Assembly: GCA_024704765.1 (NCBI GenBank)
Contig: JAKMXF010000338.1
Location: forward strand, 62,001-126,000
Reading direction: 5' to 3'
DNA from: Oopsacas minuta
Taxonomy: Eukaryota > Animalia > Porifera
Length of the DNA stretch: 64,000 bases
In this document: positions 48,930 to 60,531 of the stretch, piece after piece
Layout of the letters: the number at the start of each line of letters is the position of its first letter
How positions within the stretch are numbered: position 1 is the first letter of the stretch
The notes under the pieces: model-generated
Seen by the model: only the letters and a program-made list of their open reading frames with translations
Database searches by the model: none
Told to the model about the DNA's origin: nothing
Translations under genes and position numbers: made by a program

Positions 48930-49900
48930 TATTGAATTAATTACAAATTTGGGACCACAGGCATTTTGACCTAAACTATACAAAAGTTTCTTGAATCAAA
49001 TACAGGTTTCATAATATGGGAAAATGACACTGAACCATACAAATGTTTTTGAAACAATTACAAATTTTGTAACATGGTATTTTGCTACTGATCCATTCAA
49101 ATGTTATTGAATGAATTACAAATTTCGCAATATGGGAATATTTTGATACTGAACCATTCAAATGTCATTGAATTGAGTACAAATATGGTACCACAGGCAT
49201 TTTGCTACTGAACATTACAAATGTTTTTGAATCAATCGAAAATTTACAATCCAGGAATTTGAATACTGGACCATGCAAAAGTTTTGAATTTATCCCAAAT
49301 TTAGCACCACAAGTATTTTGATAATGAAATATACTAATGTTGCTGAATGATGGACATAATCCTACAATTTGAATTTTGATGCTAACTTTACAAATACTTT
49401 TGAATAAATACAATTTTTCGTAAATTAGGAATTTGTGACGCTGAACCGTTCAAATGTTATTGAAAGAAAGATATATTCGAAATAAGGAATTCTGATGCTA
49501 ACTGTACAAATATTTTTGATCAGATAAAATTTTCAGAAAATAGGAATTTTGATACTGAACATACAAATCTTTTTGAATCAAACAAAGATTTGGCATTATG
49601 GGAATATTGTATAGTTCAGTATCACAATTTCCATGTTACGAAATTTGCTGTTGATACAAAAATATTTATATAGTCAAGTATGAAAATCCCAATGTTCCGA
49701 CATTTGCATTTGATTTGAAAACATTTGTACAGTTAGTATCAAAATTCCTGTGTTGCGAATTTGTAATTGATTCAAAAAATTTATATGGTCATGTATCACA
49801 ATTCCAATTACGCGAAATCTGTAATTTATTCAAATAATAAGTATAGTTCGGCATCAAAACTCCTGTGTTGCGATATTTGTAATTGATTCAAAAATACTTG
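48930..49900. repeat. 58-59-bp tandem array with an orientation switch near 49608
   Basis: About 11 forward units (GATACTGAAC-type anchors at 49145, 49204, 49262, 49320, 49378, 49437, 49495, 49552), then about 5 reverse-complement units 49610-49900. Confidence 0.85.
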
Positions 49901-49929
49901 CTCAATTGCCTGTATGAGAAAAAACTACC

Positions 49930-50615
49930 GAAGTGGCAAAAGTAACGGAGGGAGGACAACAAATAGTAATCAAAGAAGAAACTGAAGAGCTAGAGGATAA
50001 GAACTATGAGGGGATACCTGGAAAAGAAGAAATAGTACAAAACTTTGGTGATAACGTCAAGCCAACGTGATCGGTAATATTTGTGTTAATAGATACACAC
50101 GGGCGGTAGGAAGGAAAGCGATAAGAGACGAATATTGACAAAACTACAACAGTGCAAACTTTAGTCAATATCTTTTCGGACAACCCCAATTTAATGGACA
50201 TTCCTGTGGTGTTCATTATACAAGCATGTAGGGGACCAAAGCTTGAGGAGGCATGAATATGTGCTGATGGCATAAAAAATGATGAAGAGTTATAATTCTT
50301 AACGAAGCATAGTAATTTCCTGATGATCCACTCCACAACAGAAGGGTACAAGTCGATTAGGAGTGAGGAACAAGATTCATGGCTCTTAGAAATTCTATAC
50401 AAATGCGTGACAATGCAAAAATATAGAAATCTACATTTCTTGGAAGTTATACCCGTCTGTACTTTTGGGTCTTGAACAGTTATCGGGAGATTTCTCATGG
50501 AGCAAAAAAGGATCGGAAAGAAGCTAAGGACATTACGGCAGTGTGGAAGACTGAGACACCAACATTCCATTCTACACTGATGAAAATCCTACGTATACCA
50601 GTGAAGGAAAAATGA
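49930..50615 (+). pseudogene. Caspase (peptidase C14) pseudogene
   Basis: Not in the ORF track: DTHG (His codon 50098), VFIIQACRGP (50221-50235), ICADG linker, FLMIHSTTEGYKSIRSEEQDSW, TPTFHSTLMK; in-frame stops at 50107, 50122, 50254, 50293. Confidence 0.88.
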
Positions 50616-50672
50616 AATTGAAAGTAAGTTACTCAACCTTTGAGGAATTCGTAAGAGCCAATACGAGTACTA

Positions 50673-51979
50673 CACGAGGCCCACTCGAAAGGTTTTGTCA
50701 TTTATATACTTAAATAATAAGTATTAAATATATGGTCACATTTTTTCAAAATACTCGCCCTGACACTCTATACACCTTTTCTTCCGTTTAAACCAGGAAT
50801 CAAAGCACATTTTCCACTCTTCTTACGTTATCTCCTCAATTGCTAAGAAAAGTGCCCCGGTCAACTTTTCATTGCTGAAAAATCTCCTCCCACGAAGTTG
50901 ATCTTTGAGCATTGGGAATAACCAAAATCGCAAGGGGCTAGATCTGGATTGTAGGGTGGATGGGGTAGCGTTCCGATCCTATAATTCTCTAAAACTCACG
51001 AGTTCTTAGTGCTGTATGTGATGAAGCATTATCGTGGTGAAGCAGGATTCCTTGGACACCTGACTTCTCATGTTATTTTTCGCTAGCACTGAATACTTTC
51101 GGAAGACATATTGTGGTATACCAATCAGCGGTGACTGTCTTTCTATCCTCAAGTGTAATTCCCTCAACAAATCTACTACGTCTAAAGAAAATCGCCCACA
51201 TCTGTTTTCCGACTGATCTAATTCTCCGGACATTTGTTGGAGGTAAACCACCTTCTTCGATCCACTCCTTAGATTGTCCCTTCGTTCTGGATCAGTGTGG
51301 TATATTCAAGTCTCATCGCCTGTGAGTATTTCAGAAAGAGCTCTAGAAGTTCCATTAACAAATCTTTAAGCATAATTTTGCACCAGCCCACTCGGCACTT
51401 TATCTGATCAGACGACAAAGAATACGGGATCCAACGTGCACATAACTTTCTAAGACCGAGCACTTTATGTAGATGACGTTTATACTCCCCGATGACAATT
51501 TAGTTTCATATTCTAACTGAGCGTAAGTTACATGAGAGTCTTTTGTTACTTCGTCAACACCAGCTCTGCATTTTCGACCGTGTGTGTAATACTGGCCTAC
51601 CAGGACGGAGGCCATCTTCAAAAATAAAATTTCCATGAATAGACTCTGAGTACCATCGCTCTACTGTTCTTAAACAAGGAACTATATTTGGTAAGTGCTT
51701 CTGCTAAGTTTCGTGTATTTCCAAACGGCTCTTCTCAAGTTTGAACAAAATTAAAATCATCGCTCTAAAATCGCGTTTTGTGAGGTTAGATTCTGGTTGG
51801 TTGAGGAATCGTACAAGTTATAGCTTTTAGAAATCCAGCAATTCGAAAAGTACAAAAGATAAACTGATGAAATTTGTTGTGTAGGTAAACAATATGCGTC
51901 TAAATATATATAAAATAATTTTATTAGAAAATACGTGTGGTTTAATAATAAACGACAAAACTTTTCGAGTGCCCTTTTG
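50673..51979 (-). mobile_element. mariner DD34D element, pseudogenised
   Basis: Imperfect TIRs ...CACTCGAAA(G/A)GTTTTGTC with TA; LRKLCARWIPYSL (51269-51463); HHDNASSH...HPPYNPDLAPCDF. Confidence 0.9.
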
Positions 51980-53283
51980 TATTAATTTTAGTTTGCTCTC
52001 CTCCGTAGATTGAAATTGGTACGATAAATTGGACAGTGGCTCTGATCCTTGATAACATGTTGCAAACTAATCTATAGCGTCTTTTGAGGTTCATAGAGAG
52101 GTGTAAAATACGATTCATGTGAACGTATGCACGGAGGTCGCACATCGTCGATGCCATTCGGGCATCTCAGCTTAAGGAGCTGCTCCAAAAATTGATTAAG
52201 TATTACTTCGAATGAATCACCTTCTTTAAAGGTGTGAAAATATGATAAATTAAATGACAACAATATAGAAAGGCCACTACAAATACCCCAGATAATATTT
52301 TTAGCTGTTAAAAGTTAAGAAGTTGGAAAGTTGGCTAATTATTTATCGTTATTTATTCTTATCAGCATTCTGCGTACAGATACTCAGTCTTTGTTTTGCA
52401 AATAAGTTTTGATTGAAGTTCTTAAGACAAAATTGTTTTGACACTTGCCACAGAAGAAAATAATAGGCTGGATTATAAATTTAGGCCGGATTCATAATTT
52501 AAGCGGTATTTTACAATTCTGGGCGGAATTATAGCAGGAATCTGAGGATACGGCGTGATAGAAAGACACCTTCTCTACGTCAATGCTAGTTATACCTTGC
52601 AATTTTCTAAATATACATAAGAAATTTCTGCAAAAAATTTGCAATTCAATAGGGAAAGTAATTTACATTAAAATGTTAATGATTCTAACACATAATAGCA
52701 GCAAGACAAAATCAGTAATAACTTACTCATAAATTATCATACTAAATCACGAATTGCTAGTTCTTGATTTTGTAAAGAATTAGCAATTATGCAAAAGTTG
52801 TAATAATCATGTGTTACCCAATCTTGTCTGGAAGAGGTCGAAATGAATTGAGCATTCACATAAATAGGCCATTGGTATCCTAATTAGCTCTAATTATAAC
52901 AAAGTACTCGCAACTCCGATTTCATTTCGTTGTAAGCTGAGTAAATTCGATTAGGATAGACTCCGATTTAGGATCACATTGTAAGAGGCTTATGTATTTG
53001 CATTGTTCTGTTTCTGGCGAAGTGACCAGAATAGACTCCGCTTAAAGTCACTAGTTGGTCAATAAAGCAGGGTCTACTGTACGCTCAACTATCAAGTTAG
53101 GCTTATAATCTGATATTAGGCTTAGAGCAGTATTAACTAGAATATGAATTCGAGAAATTAGTCTCATTACTTATTTAACAACCCTTGTATCAATACAATG
53201 AGAACACAAATATAAGACCTGAAGTAGACTTAAATATTCTTTATGACTCATGAAATGAATGGAAGGCAATAAATACTATTACA

Positions 53284-53461
53284 GGTCAAGGGTTTCATCA
53301 GATCCACTCAACTCATCCTGTTGGATTGTTTCAATTATTTCCTCTATCAGATCAAACTCATCAAGTTGATTTGGAGTAATCTCTACAGATTGATTGTCTG
53401 TTGACTGGTTTCCACGTCAGGGGGTAGAATATATGGAATCCCTTCATCACGCAATTTGCTA
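53284..53461. repeat. 178-bp segment duplicated in inverted orientation at 59143-59320
   Basis: Near-identical reverse complement (one mismatch noticed); second copy ends exactly at the N at 59321. Confidence 0.9.
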
Positions 53462-54187
53462 GTTCATTTTGAGCGCTAAGCATCAGTAGTTGCCATCGAT
53501 GTTCTCTTTCACAATCATAGTAGCAAGGCTGTTGGCAGGCAAAGCAAGCTCCGCGACTGTTAATTTTACAAATTAGGTATGTCCCTTTCGAAATTGACCT
53601 TTGAGATCAGTCATTTTGACAATTGGTTTTACTTCATTATAATTAATAGCATTTGTGTACCGTTGTAATGGAAGGATTGGATTGAATGTGGATGATTTCT
53701 ATTTCAGGATGTAAAGTTGCCACAGAGGGACGTGATGACACACTTTTTGAACTAGGCTAGCGTGTGTTTTCTGTTTGCGGCGCTATTGCATTGATGTTTC
53801 GCTTGCACTGAAGTTTTCAACAGTATATATTCTTTTACACATGCTCAATCAAGGATGTGAAGAAATATTTTGAGATAATGCGTTTGGATGTGAGCTGAAT
53901 AGCGTGGTGTCGTGCCATGCGGTCATGTTTATCTAGGCCTCCCATGCGATAATTATAAGCTTTCAGTAGTGTGGTCTTGGCATAGGCTCTCTTTCGTATT
54001 GTAATTCGGCGTCACGAATATTCTTGTGATTAAATTGTTTATCCTGTGGTGTTGTTAAAATTGTAGCCTGGAACATGAACCATATATATTTCGAAGTGAG
54101 ATGATACTTATTGGTGACGAGAAATTCTAGATCATGTGGTAGATTTTTGATTGATGAGTGCCGACCATACCAGTTCCTCGTGATCTT

Positions 54188-57100
54188 CAGTGGCGGATCT
54201 AGGGGGGGGTATGGGGGGTATGCATACCCCCCCACCAGCTTTGTGAAATTATTTATTTCGTCTACTCAGTAGAGTGAATAAAGTATATATCTTGTTATAA
54301 CACAACCCTAATGAATTTATTTTCTCGACTATATACTTGTAATTCGGTAAATGTTCCTTCAATATTATTTCATTATTGCCTACTGTAGTTATTTAGGAGC
54401 CATAGGAATATAATTCTGATATAATTTTAGAATATAAATTTCACCATATTTCTAACTATTTGTTTACCCTTTTTATAATTAGTATTTCTTTATGCTACGT
54501 AAGAAAGTTTGTTTGACCAAAGATCAGTCAACTTTGAGCAACTTTTTTGCAAAGTCTCAACTTCCAGCTAATTCACAATTACCAGATATTGACTCAACAG
54601 ATGTAGTTCAACATTTAGAAATGGACGAGTCTTATGATTCAATTTTGTCTAATACGGATAGTGCATCTTCTAACAATCCGCATGACATTGTTTCTATTTT
54701 CTCTAAGACGGAATATGATTGGGAACGTGACCGTAAAAAGAAGATCTCTGACCTTCAGAAGCAATACTTACTTTTGAATCACATAATGCCAGATTCCAAC
54801 TTCAAATACCCTTACAGTGTGAGAAGTGGAAAATGTTCTCAAAAGGTTTATCTCTCTTTGTCTCACTTAACAGGTAAAAACCACGCTTTTAAATATTCAT
54901 TTGAAATGCAGGGTGTTGTATGCGTTCCATGTGTACTCTTTGCCAATATTGAAGTATCGAACGATCGTGGTAAATCAACGAAGTTAGGAGCCCTTGTATT
55001 ACACCCATTTCGGAATTATAAAAAGGTACATGAGAAATTACGAGATCATCTCCGTAAACAGTACCATGTTATTTCTCAGGAGCGGGCTGATTTATTCTTA
55101 AACCATCTAGTAACAGGAAATTCTTTAAGCATAATAAATCAATTGAGTGACACTCGGAGAAATCAAGTATTGGAAAACCGTCAACGCCTAATACCAATTG
55201 TGAAAACAATAATATTCTGTGGTAGACTCGGAATTGCACTCCGTGGTCACAATGACGATGGCATTATCGACATTGGTACTGCGATTTCTGGGCGAGAAGG
55301 TAATTTCCGAGCATTGTTGGCATTTCGAGTGGATAGTGGAGATTCTATACTGGAAGAACACTTGAATAATTCGAATAAAAATGCAACTTACGTATCTAAA
55401 ACAATTCAAAATCGCCTTATTAAATTGTGTGGTGATCAAGTATTGGAAAAAATTGTGGATGAAGTTAAGGAGAGTATCTTTTTTTCTATTCTTGCAGATG
55501 AAACTACAGATAGTTCGCATCAAGAACAGTTGTGTATTGTACTACGCTATGTTTCCAGTGATTTTGTAGTAAAAGAGGAGTTCGTTGGGTTTGGTTCAGT
55601 TGATAACCTTTCAGCAAACTCGATAACGCACGAAATTTTGGAGAGGCTTGGTGAAATGGGTTTAAATATTCGAAATTGTGTTGGCCAAGGTTACGATGGT
55701 GCGTCATCATTTTCGGGTTACTTGAATGGCGTTGCTAAACAAATTAAAGAGAGTGCTCCAATGGCTGTATATGTCCATTGTGCTAGTCATGTCCTAAATC
55801 TCGTCTTAAATGAGAGTTCTTCAGTTCCTTCTATACGGAATATGTTTGATACCATTTCCAATACTATAACTTTCGTAAACGAGTCTTCGAAACGAAAAGC
55901 AGTATTTCATGTTAACCTAATAAATTATTGCACAACTAGATTCATACAACGTCATGATGCCATTGTTAGATTTTCAGAAAACTTTGAAAATGTTATACAT
56001 GGTCTGGAAGATATATTAGCAGATAGTGAATTTAACAGCAAGACTCGTTCTTTGGCTTTATCGCACCTAAATTCCCTTAAAGATTCTACCTTTTTGATTG
56101 CACTAGCTTCTGCTAAAAAGGTTATGTCTCTGACAATGATATTATCTAGGATTTTACAACAAGTTAACCTTGACTTTTGCCATGTATTTGCCATTCTTGA
56201 TGCTACAATACTAGAATTACAAACAATGCTAGATGACAAGGAAGAGAAAGATTGGAATAAACTGGAAAACTCAGTTTATAAAGAAGCTGAAAGATATGCT
56301 GTAATAGCTGGGGTTATTATTACAGCCCCCAGGCAAGCTTCTCACCATATCCAAAGTGTTTCATATAGTCAATCAGCTGTTCAATTAACGTATATAAATG
56401 AAACTATTCCAATCAACACCGAACAATTTTTTAAATGCTCTGTTTGGTATCCTTTTTTGAGCACAGTGATTGATCATCTTACAAAAAGGTTTTCGAAACA
56501 ATCGAGGTCAACACTTGGATTATTCAAACTGATAAATTCTGAATCAATAGACACTGATATACTTAAAGAGATTTACAATATGTATGAAATGGCTTTAAAT
56601 TGCCAAGAAGAGGAATTATTCCAAGAATTAAAACTATACCAGAGTTATCGAAAATCAATCCCTTTACCTGATTCACTAGACATTCTGCATTTATTACAGC
56701 ATTTATCACCAATATTTACAAAATTAAAAATCATTTTGCAAATTGCTGTCACTCTGCCTATTACAACTTGTTCAGCGGAGCGTTCTTTTAGCGCTATGAA
56801 AATCCTGAAATCCTATATTAGATCCACAATGACGGATGACAGACTAACTGGTCTAGCACTGATGTATATTCATAAGGATATTCCATTAGATGTGGTTAAA
56901 ATTATTAACACATTCGCAATTTCAGGAGATCACCGCATGAATTTCGTAATTTAGTGTTATTATTAGTACTAGTAGGGTATATTATGTATTTAGGATTCAA
57001 CCAATAGTTACTAATAATATTTAGCTATTACATTCAGAAACTCTCATTATATATTAAACTATGAACACACATACATAATGTTTGTATTAAGAACACAATT

Positions 57101-57388
57101 ATTTTGGAGTACCTTAGAATACTTGTCAAAATGGTTAAATTGGTCATGGAGATTAAGCCTAACATAAAAATCGCATAAAATCCATACATCACTATGAAAT
57201 ATTTGTTGATGCTGGGTTAAAACACTACATATTGAGAAATACTGGCTGTTATAGTATAATTACAATTTGTTAAAATAAGGGAAAAAACAAATAATGATAA
57301 AGTAAAAGAGCAAAATCCAATAATTGAATATTATGACGTTTGGGTAGGCGGCATACCCCCCCACCAGATTTTTCTAGATCCGCCCCTG
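54188..57388 (+). mobile_element. Complete, apparently intact autonomous hAT element (3,201 bp)
   Basis: TIRs CAG(T/G)GGCGGATCTAG (14/15); perfect 8-bp TSD GTGATCTT (54180-54187, 57389-57396); one uninterrupted ORF. Confidence 0.97.
54492..56954 (+). CDS. hAT transposase, 820 aa (TTF-like Zn finger, DUF4371, hAT C-terminal dimerisation domain)
   Basis: CVPCVLF...H; ILADETTD (D), GYDGAS (D), HCASHVLNL (CxxH), TTRFIQRH, TCSAERSFSAMKILK (E). Confidence 0.95.
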   Translation: MLRKKVCLTKDQSTLSNFFAKSQLPANSQLPDIDSTDVVQHLEMDESYDSILSNTDSASSNNPHDIVSIFSKTEYDWERDRKKKISDLQKQYLLLNHIMPDSNFKYPYSVRSGKCSQKVYLSLSHLTGKNHAFKYSFEMQGVVCVPCVLFANIEVSNDRGKSTKLGALVLHPFRNYKKVHEKLRDHLRKQYHVISQERADLFLNHLVTGNSLSIINQLSDTRRNQVLENRQRLIPIVKTIIFCGRLGIALRGHNDDGIIDIGTAISGREGNFRALLAFRVDSGDSILEEHLNNSNKNATYVSKTIQNRLIKLCGDQVLEKIVDEVKESIFFSILADETTDSSHQEQLCIVLRYVSSDFVVKEEFVGFGSVDNLSANSITHEILERLGEMGLNIRNCVGQGYDGASSFSGYLNGVAKQIKESAPMAVYVHCASHVLNLVLNESSSVPSIRNMFDTISNTITFVNESSKRKAVFHVNLINYCTTRFIQRHDAIVRFSENFENVIHGLEDILADSEFNSKTRSLALSHLNSLKDSTFLIALASAKKVMSLTMILSRILQQVNLDFCHVFAILDATILELQTMLDDKEEKDWNKLENSVYKEAERYAVIAGVIITAPRQASHHIQSVSYSQSAVQLTYINETIPINTEQFFKCSVWYPFLSTVIDHLTKRFSKQSRSTLGLFKLINSESIDTDILKEIYNMYEMALNCQEEELFQELKLYQSYRKSIPLPDSLDILHLLQHLSPIFTKLKIILQIAVTLPITTCSAERSFSAMKILKSYIRSTMTDDRLTGLALMYIHKDIPLDVVKIINTFAISGDHRMNFVI

Positions 57389-59321
57389 GTGATCTTAGGT
57401 AGGCTGACAGGTCAAGACGGGAGAAGAATCTATCACAATAGATTATATGTCCTTTATCAAAGTATGGGTTGGCTACCTGTGACACTGCATCGCGTAAACC
57501 AACTGATCTTACAGTGGAGCCTAAGTGTATATCCTGGGCTATACTGTAACCGCAACAGATAAACCAGAGTTTGAAGCCATATTCAATTGGCTTCGCTTTG
57601 ATGTAGTGACGCAGGGCACTCCTGCCATAGAATTTATCCATGAACTCCTCAATGGAGAGTGGTCTAGCTGGTTGAATTAGATTTGACGAGTTATATTGAC
57701 TGCGGTAAGAAGTGTACCAAGTTTCGCTAAAAAGCGTTCTACAGTCTTTAGGGATGAGCTTATTTGCTAATTATTTGCGAAGTGCAACCTAGTGAATAAT
57801 TCTTCAAATCGTTTCTGTGCTGTATTCAGTTTGATTTAAGGTTTATGGAATACGTTTGAATCAGTAAAGTAACTACGACGATTAGGCATCTGTACAAGGG
57901 ACGTCCGTGAGATGAAGCCAAAATAGCGGGGAATCTCTTTATAGGTTGGCTCTTTCCACTTGTGTGGTGACAGATAAATTTTAATTTGCGATCGTAACAC
58001 TTTGTTTGTTTTAGAATGCTCCTGAGTTTATAGGTTCGGATTATGGTGTCAAAGAAGTGGTTTGGTTCATCAGAGTCTAATTGGTAGATATCTTGTTCTG
58101 AGAGAGTGTTGTTGTACTGGGGGAGTAGGATTTAATTGGTGAGTCGGTTCTGGAATGACTAGAGGTACTTTTTGGAACTTTTCCTCTAGCTCCCTGATCA
58201 CGTGTGTTGCATCCTTGAAAGGTTCGTGATAGTATGCGCCGCTACTAGCTCTTCTGGTGTAATTACTTGATTTCCAATGTCAAGTGCATGTTCTGAATCT
58301 CACAGTTGGAGATAGAATCGTTTTATGGTTGTTTCCAATTGGCCCATCCTTCTGCGACGGCTAGTATTCCCAATTTGTATTCTAGCCTCTTTATTGGCTT
58401 CGATGGCGTGCACTTGAAGATCAATGCGTTCCAGTACAGATGGAGATTGTCTAGGCAACTTTGTAATAAAGATGTGCCGTTTTCCCAGTTCATTGATTTT
58501 CAGGATGATATGTGGGAAATAGTTTTCTCGTGTCATTAATACGTACAAACTATGTGTTACCATTGATTGTAGGGTATTCGAAGCATTAACAAGATCAGCA
58601 ATATCGTTGAAATTTTTAGAGCATTTTACTGATTTGGGTGATCCAGTGTTGTGAAACGAAATACGTTCAGCTTTTCTTGTTACCGCTAGACTAAAATAGC
58701 GCTTTCCCACAACGGGTGTGCGTGTATTGGAAATTTGTCCAGTTGAAAACGTTGTTACTGACTGATTGAGAGCCTTATAATTCTCTGTTACAATATTTGT
58801 GTCAGGATACTGGGATGTAGGGGTTGCTTGGACGTAGGTTTGTGGTAATGAGAATGTTAGTTGAATAGTTAGGCTAGCAAGTGGCGAATGTAAGGGGTGC
58901 GGGATGTAGGTAGGATCGAATGTAGTAGGAAGGGATTCGAGGAGTTTGTAGAAAGCCACGCAATTCATCATTTCCAGTAGATACATCTAAATCTTCATCA
59001 TAGGATTGATGGCAATCTTTCATTTTGGTGGACGTAGGGAAAGGTCGTTGCTACTAATACTCCTTCATCTGCTAGAGGCTGAAATAAATATGTCAGCTGA
59101 TTGGGTACATCACCTTAATTAGACATCTGTATACAAATTAGGTAGCAATTTGCGTGATGAAGGGATTCCATATATTCTACCCCCTGACGTGGAAACCAGT
59201 CAACAGACAATCAATCTGTAGAGATTACTCCAAATCAACTTGATGAGTTTGATCTGATAGAGGAAATAATTGAAACAATCCAACAGGATGAGTTGAGTGG
59301 ATCTGATGAAACCCTTGACCN

Positions 59322-59640
59322 AATCTCATTGGAAATTTAAATCTAGGGTAATTCGCCTACGTAGAATTCAAATATCAGGTCAGATATTACAGATTCTTAA
59401 TAGGTTTTGATTTACCACATAATTCGATTATCAATAAATATCAAATAATTATTAATAATTAACACCTTCAAAAAGTGTAAATCGAAAATATTTTTTGAAA
59501 TTCTCGAAAAACATGTGTTATTCTATGCAAATTACTAGATTGCAGCTACGAATATAGACTACACAATATATAGGAGTGGGAAAGAGTATACAATTTGTGA
59601 CAATATATTTGTGTTGTCGAATACTTTTGTCCCCTAACTG
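59322..59640. mobile_element. Foldback MITE, third copy (right arm only, begins at the N)
   Basis: Matches the right arm of 12421-13334; ends ...CTTTTGTCCCCTAACTG then TA. Confidence 0.9.
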
Positions 59641-59979
59641 TATAATAAGCAAATTATATTTGAAGAACAGTGAATTTCCAAACAAGCAAAACAAATTTAA
59701 CCGTTTGAAATATGTAATTAGTTTCAATTAGTTGGATTGTAAATGGGGTGGATAATCAACAACTGCAAGTCCATTGGAAACATTTTCAAGATCAACACAT
59801 TTATACATTGCTCGTTAAAGATCTAATAATAACATAATAAGTGTACTAAATATAGAAATTGAAGGATATATTTATGCGATATGGGAAACTATTAGTAGGA
59901 CACTATAATTCGCTCGCTTATTTGGGTATAAAATGCTCTGGACGATCTTGTTCAGATTAAACGGAGTCAACTGTATATG

Positions 59980-60531
59980 CTCTATCCAGACAAAAGTACT
60001 TGAGCACCACCAAATATTCAGTTGCGAGCAAAGATGGGAATGGAAATATTCAGCCATCAAAAGTTTATTGTGTTAGCATTAATAATGATTCAAAGTTGTG
60101 AAAACCAATTTCTGATAATATCATTATATTTGTATGTAGTTATACCAAATGTGCCACTTATGGCACAAGTGGTACAAATTGAACAATAGCCATAAGCCAT
60201 AAGGAAATGGCGTGAATGCTTGGATAATGGGATCTAGGGTCATTCATAGTTAGAATCCAAATATAAGATTCATATGAAATCAATATATTTGTTGGTATCT
60301 GGTTTCCGATATTTAATACGCTCATTAAAATGTTAGTAAATTAAATTAACATCTCATGAATGTCAAAAAATCAAAAGATTTCACTTAAGTTAATGCTGTT
60401 GACACATCAAACTTTCGATATCTGTATATTTCAATTCCGGTCTTGGCTTCCAAACAGAATATTTTGTCGATAAATGGCACACTCAGTGCATCGATATTTG
60501 GTGGTATACGAATACTTTTGTCCAAGCAGTG
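59980..60531. mobile_element. Older MITE related to the foldback family
   Basis: Both ends share GACAAAAGTA...ACCACCAAATAT in inverted orientation; internal GTGCCACTTATGGCACAAGTGG hairpin motif near 60155-60176; TA at right. Confidence 0.5.

Larger units (their letters stand above)
53480..59000 (-). mobile_element. piggyBac transposase remnant, split by the hAT at 54188-57388
   Basis: WKEPTYKEI, RFEELF.RLHFANN (about 57700-57960), KFYGRSALRHYIKAKPIEYGFKLW, IYCDRFFS (57270-57641); removing the hAT gives AYLRSRGTGMVGT; CFACQQPCYYDCE cysteine-rich C-terminus near 53500-53550. Confidence 0.82.

Noticed and set aside
50004-50570. 188-aa minus-strand ORF
   Set aside because: Antisense shadow of the caspase pseudogene
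52000-52263. Degenerate RING finger (CPNG...PC..H...CPIYR) on the minus strand
   Set aside because: Too many ligand positions missing and a stop inside; cannot be supported by eye
52483-53190. Harbinger 5' end or MITE
   Set aside because: 53140-53190 resembles the reverse complement of 46770-46820, but candidate TIRs do not pair and no TSD was found
54203-54235. G-quadruplex regulatory element
   Set aside because: G/C tracts are part of the hAT subterminal hairpin, also seen at 44648-44680 and 57340-57363; no separate function can be inferred
54492-56954. Domesticated host gene names (THAP12, ZMYM1; likewise THAP9, PGBD, SETMAR, HARBI1, ZBED elsewhere)
   Set aside because: ORFs lie inside TIR/TSD-bounded elements or are pseudogenised; they are transposons, so no gene symbols were given
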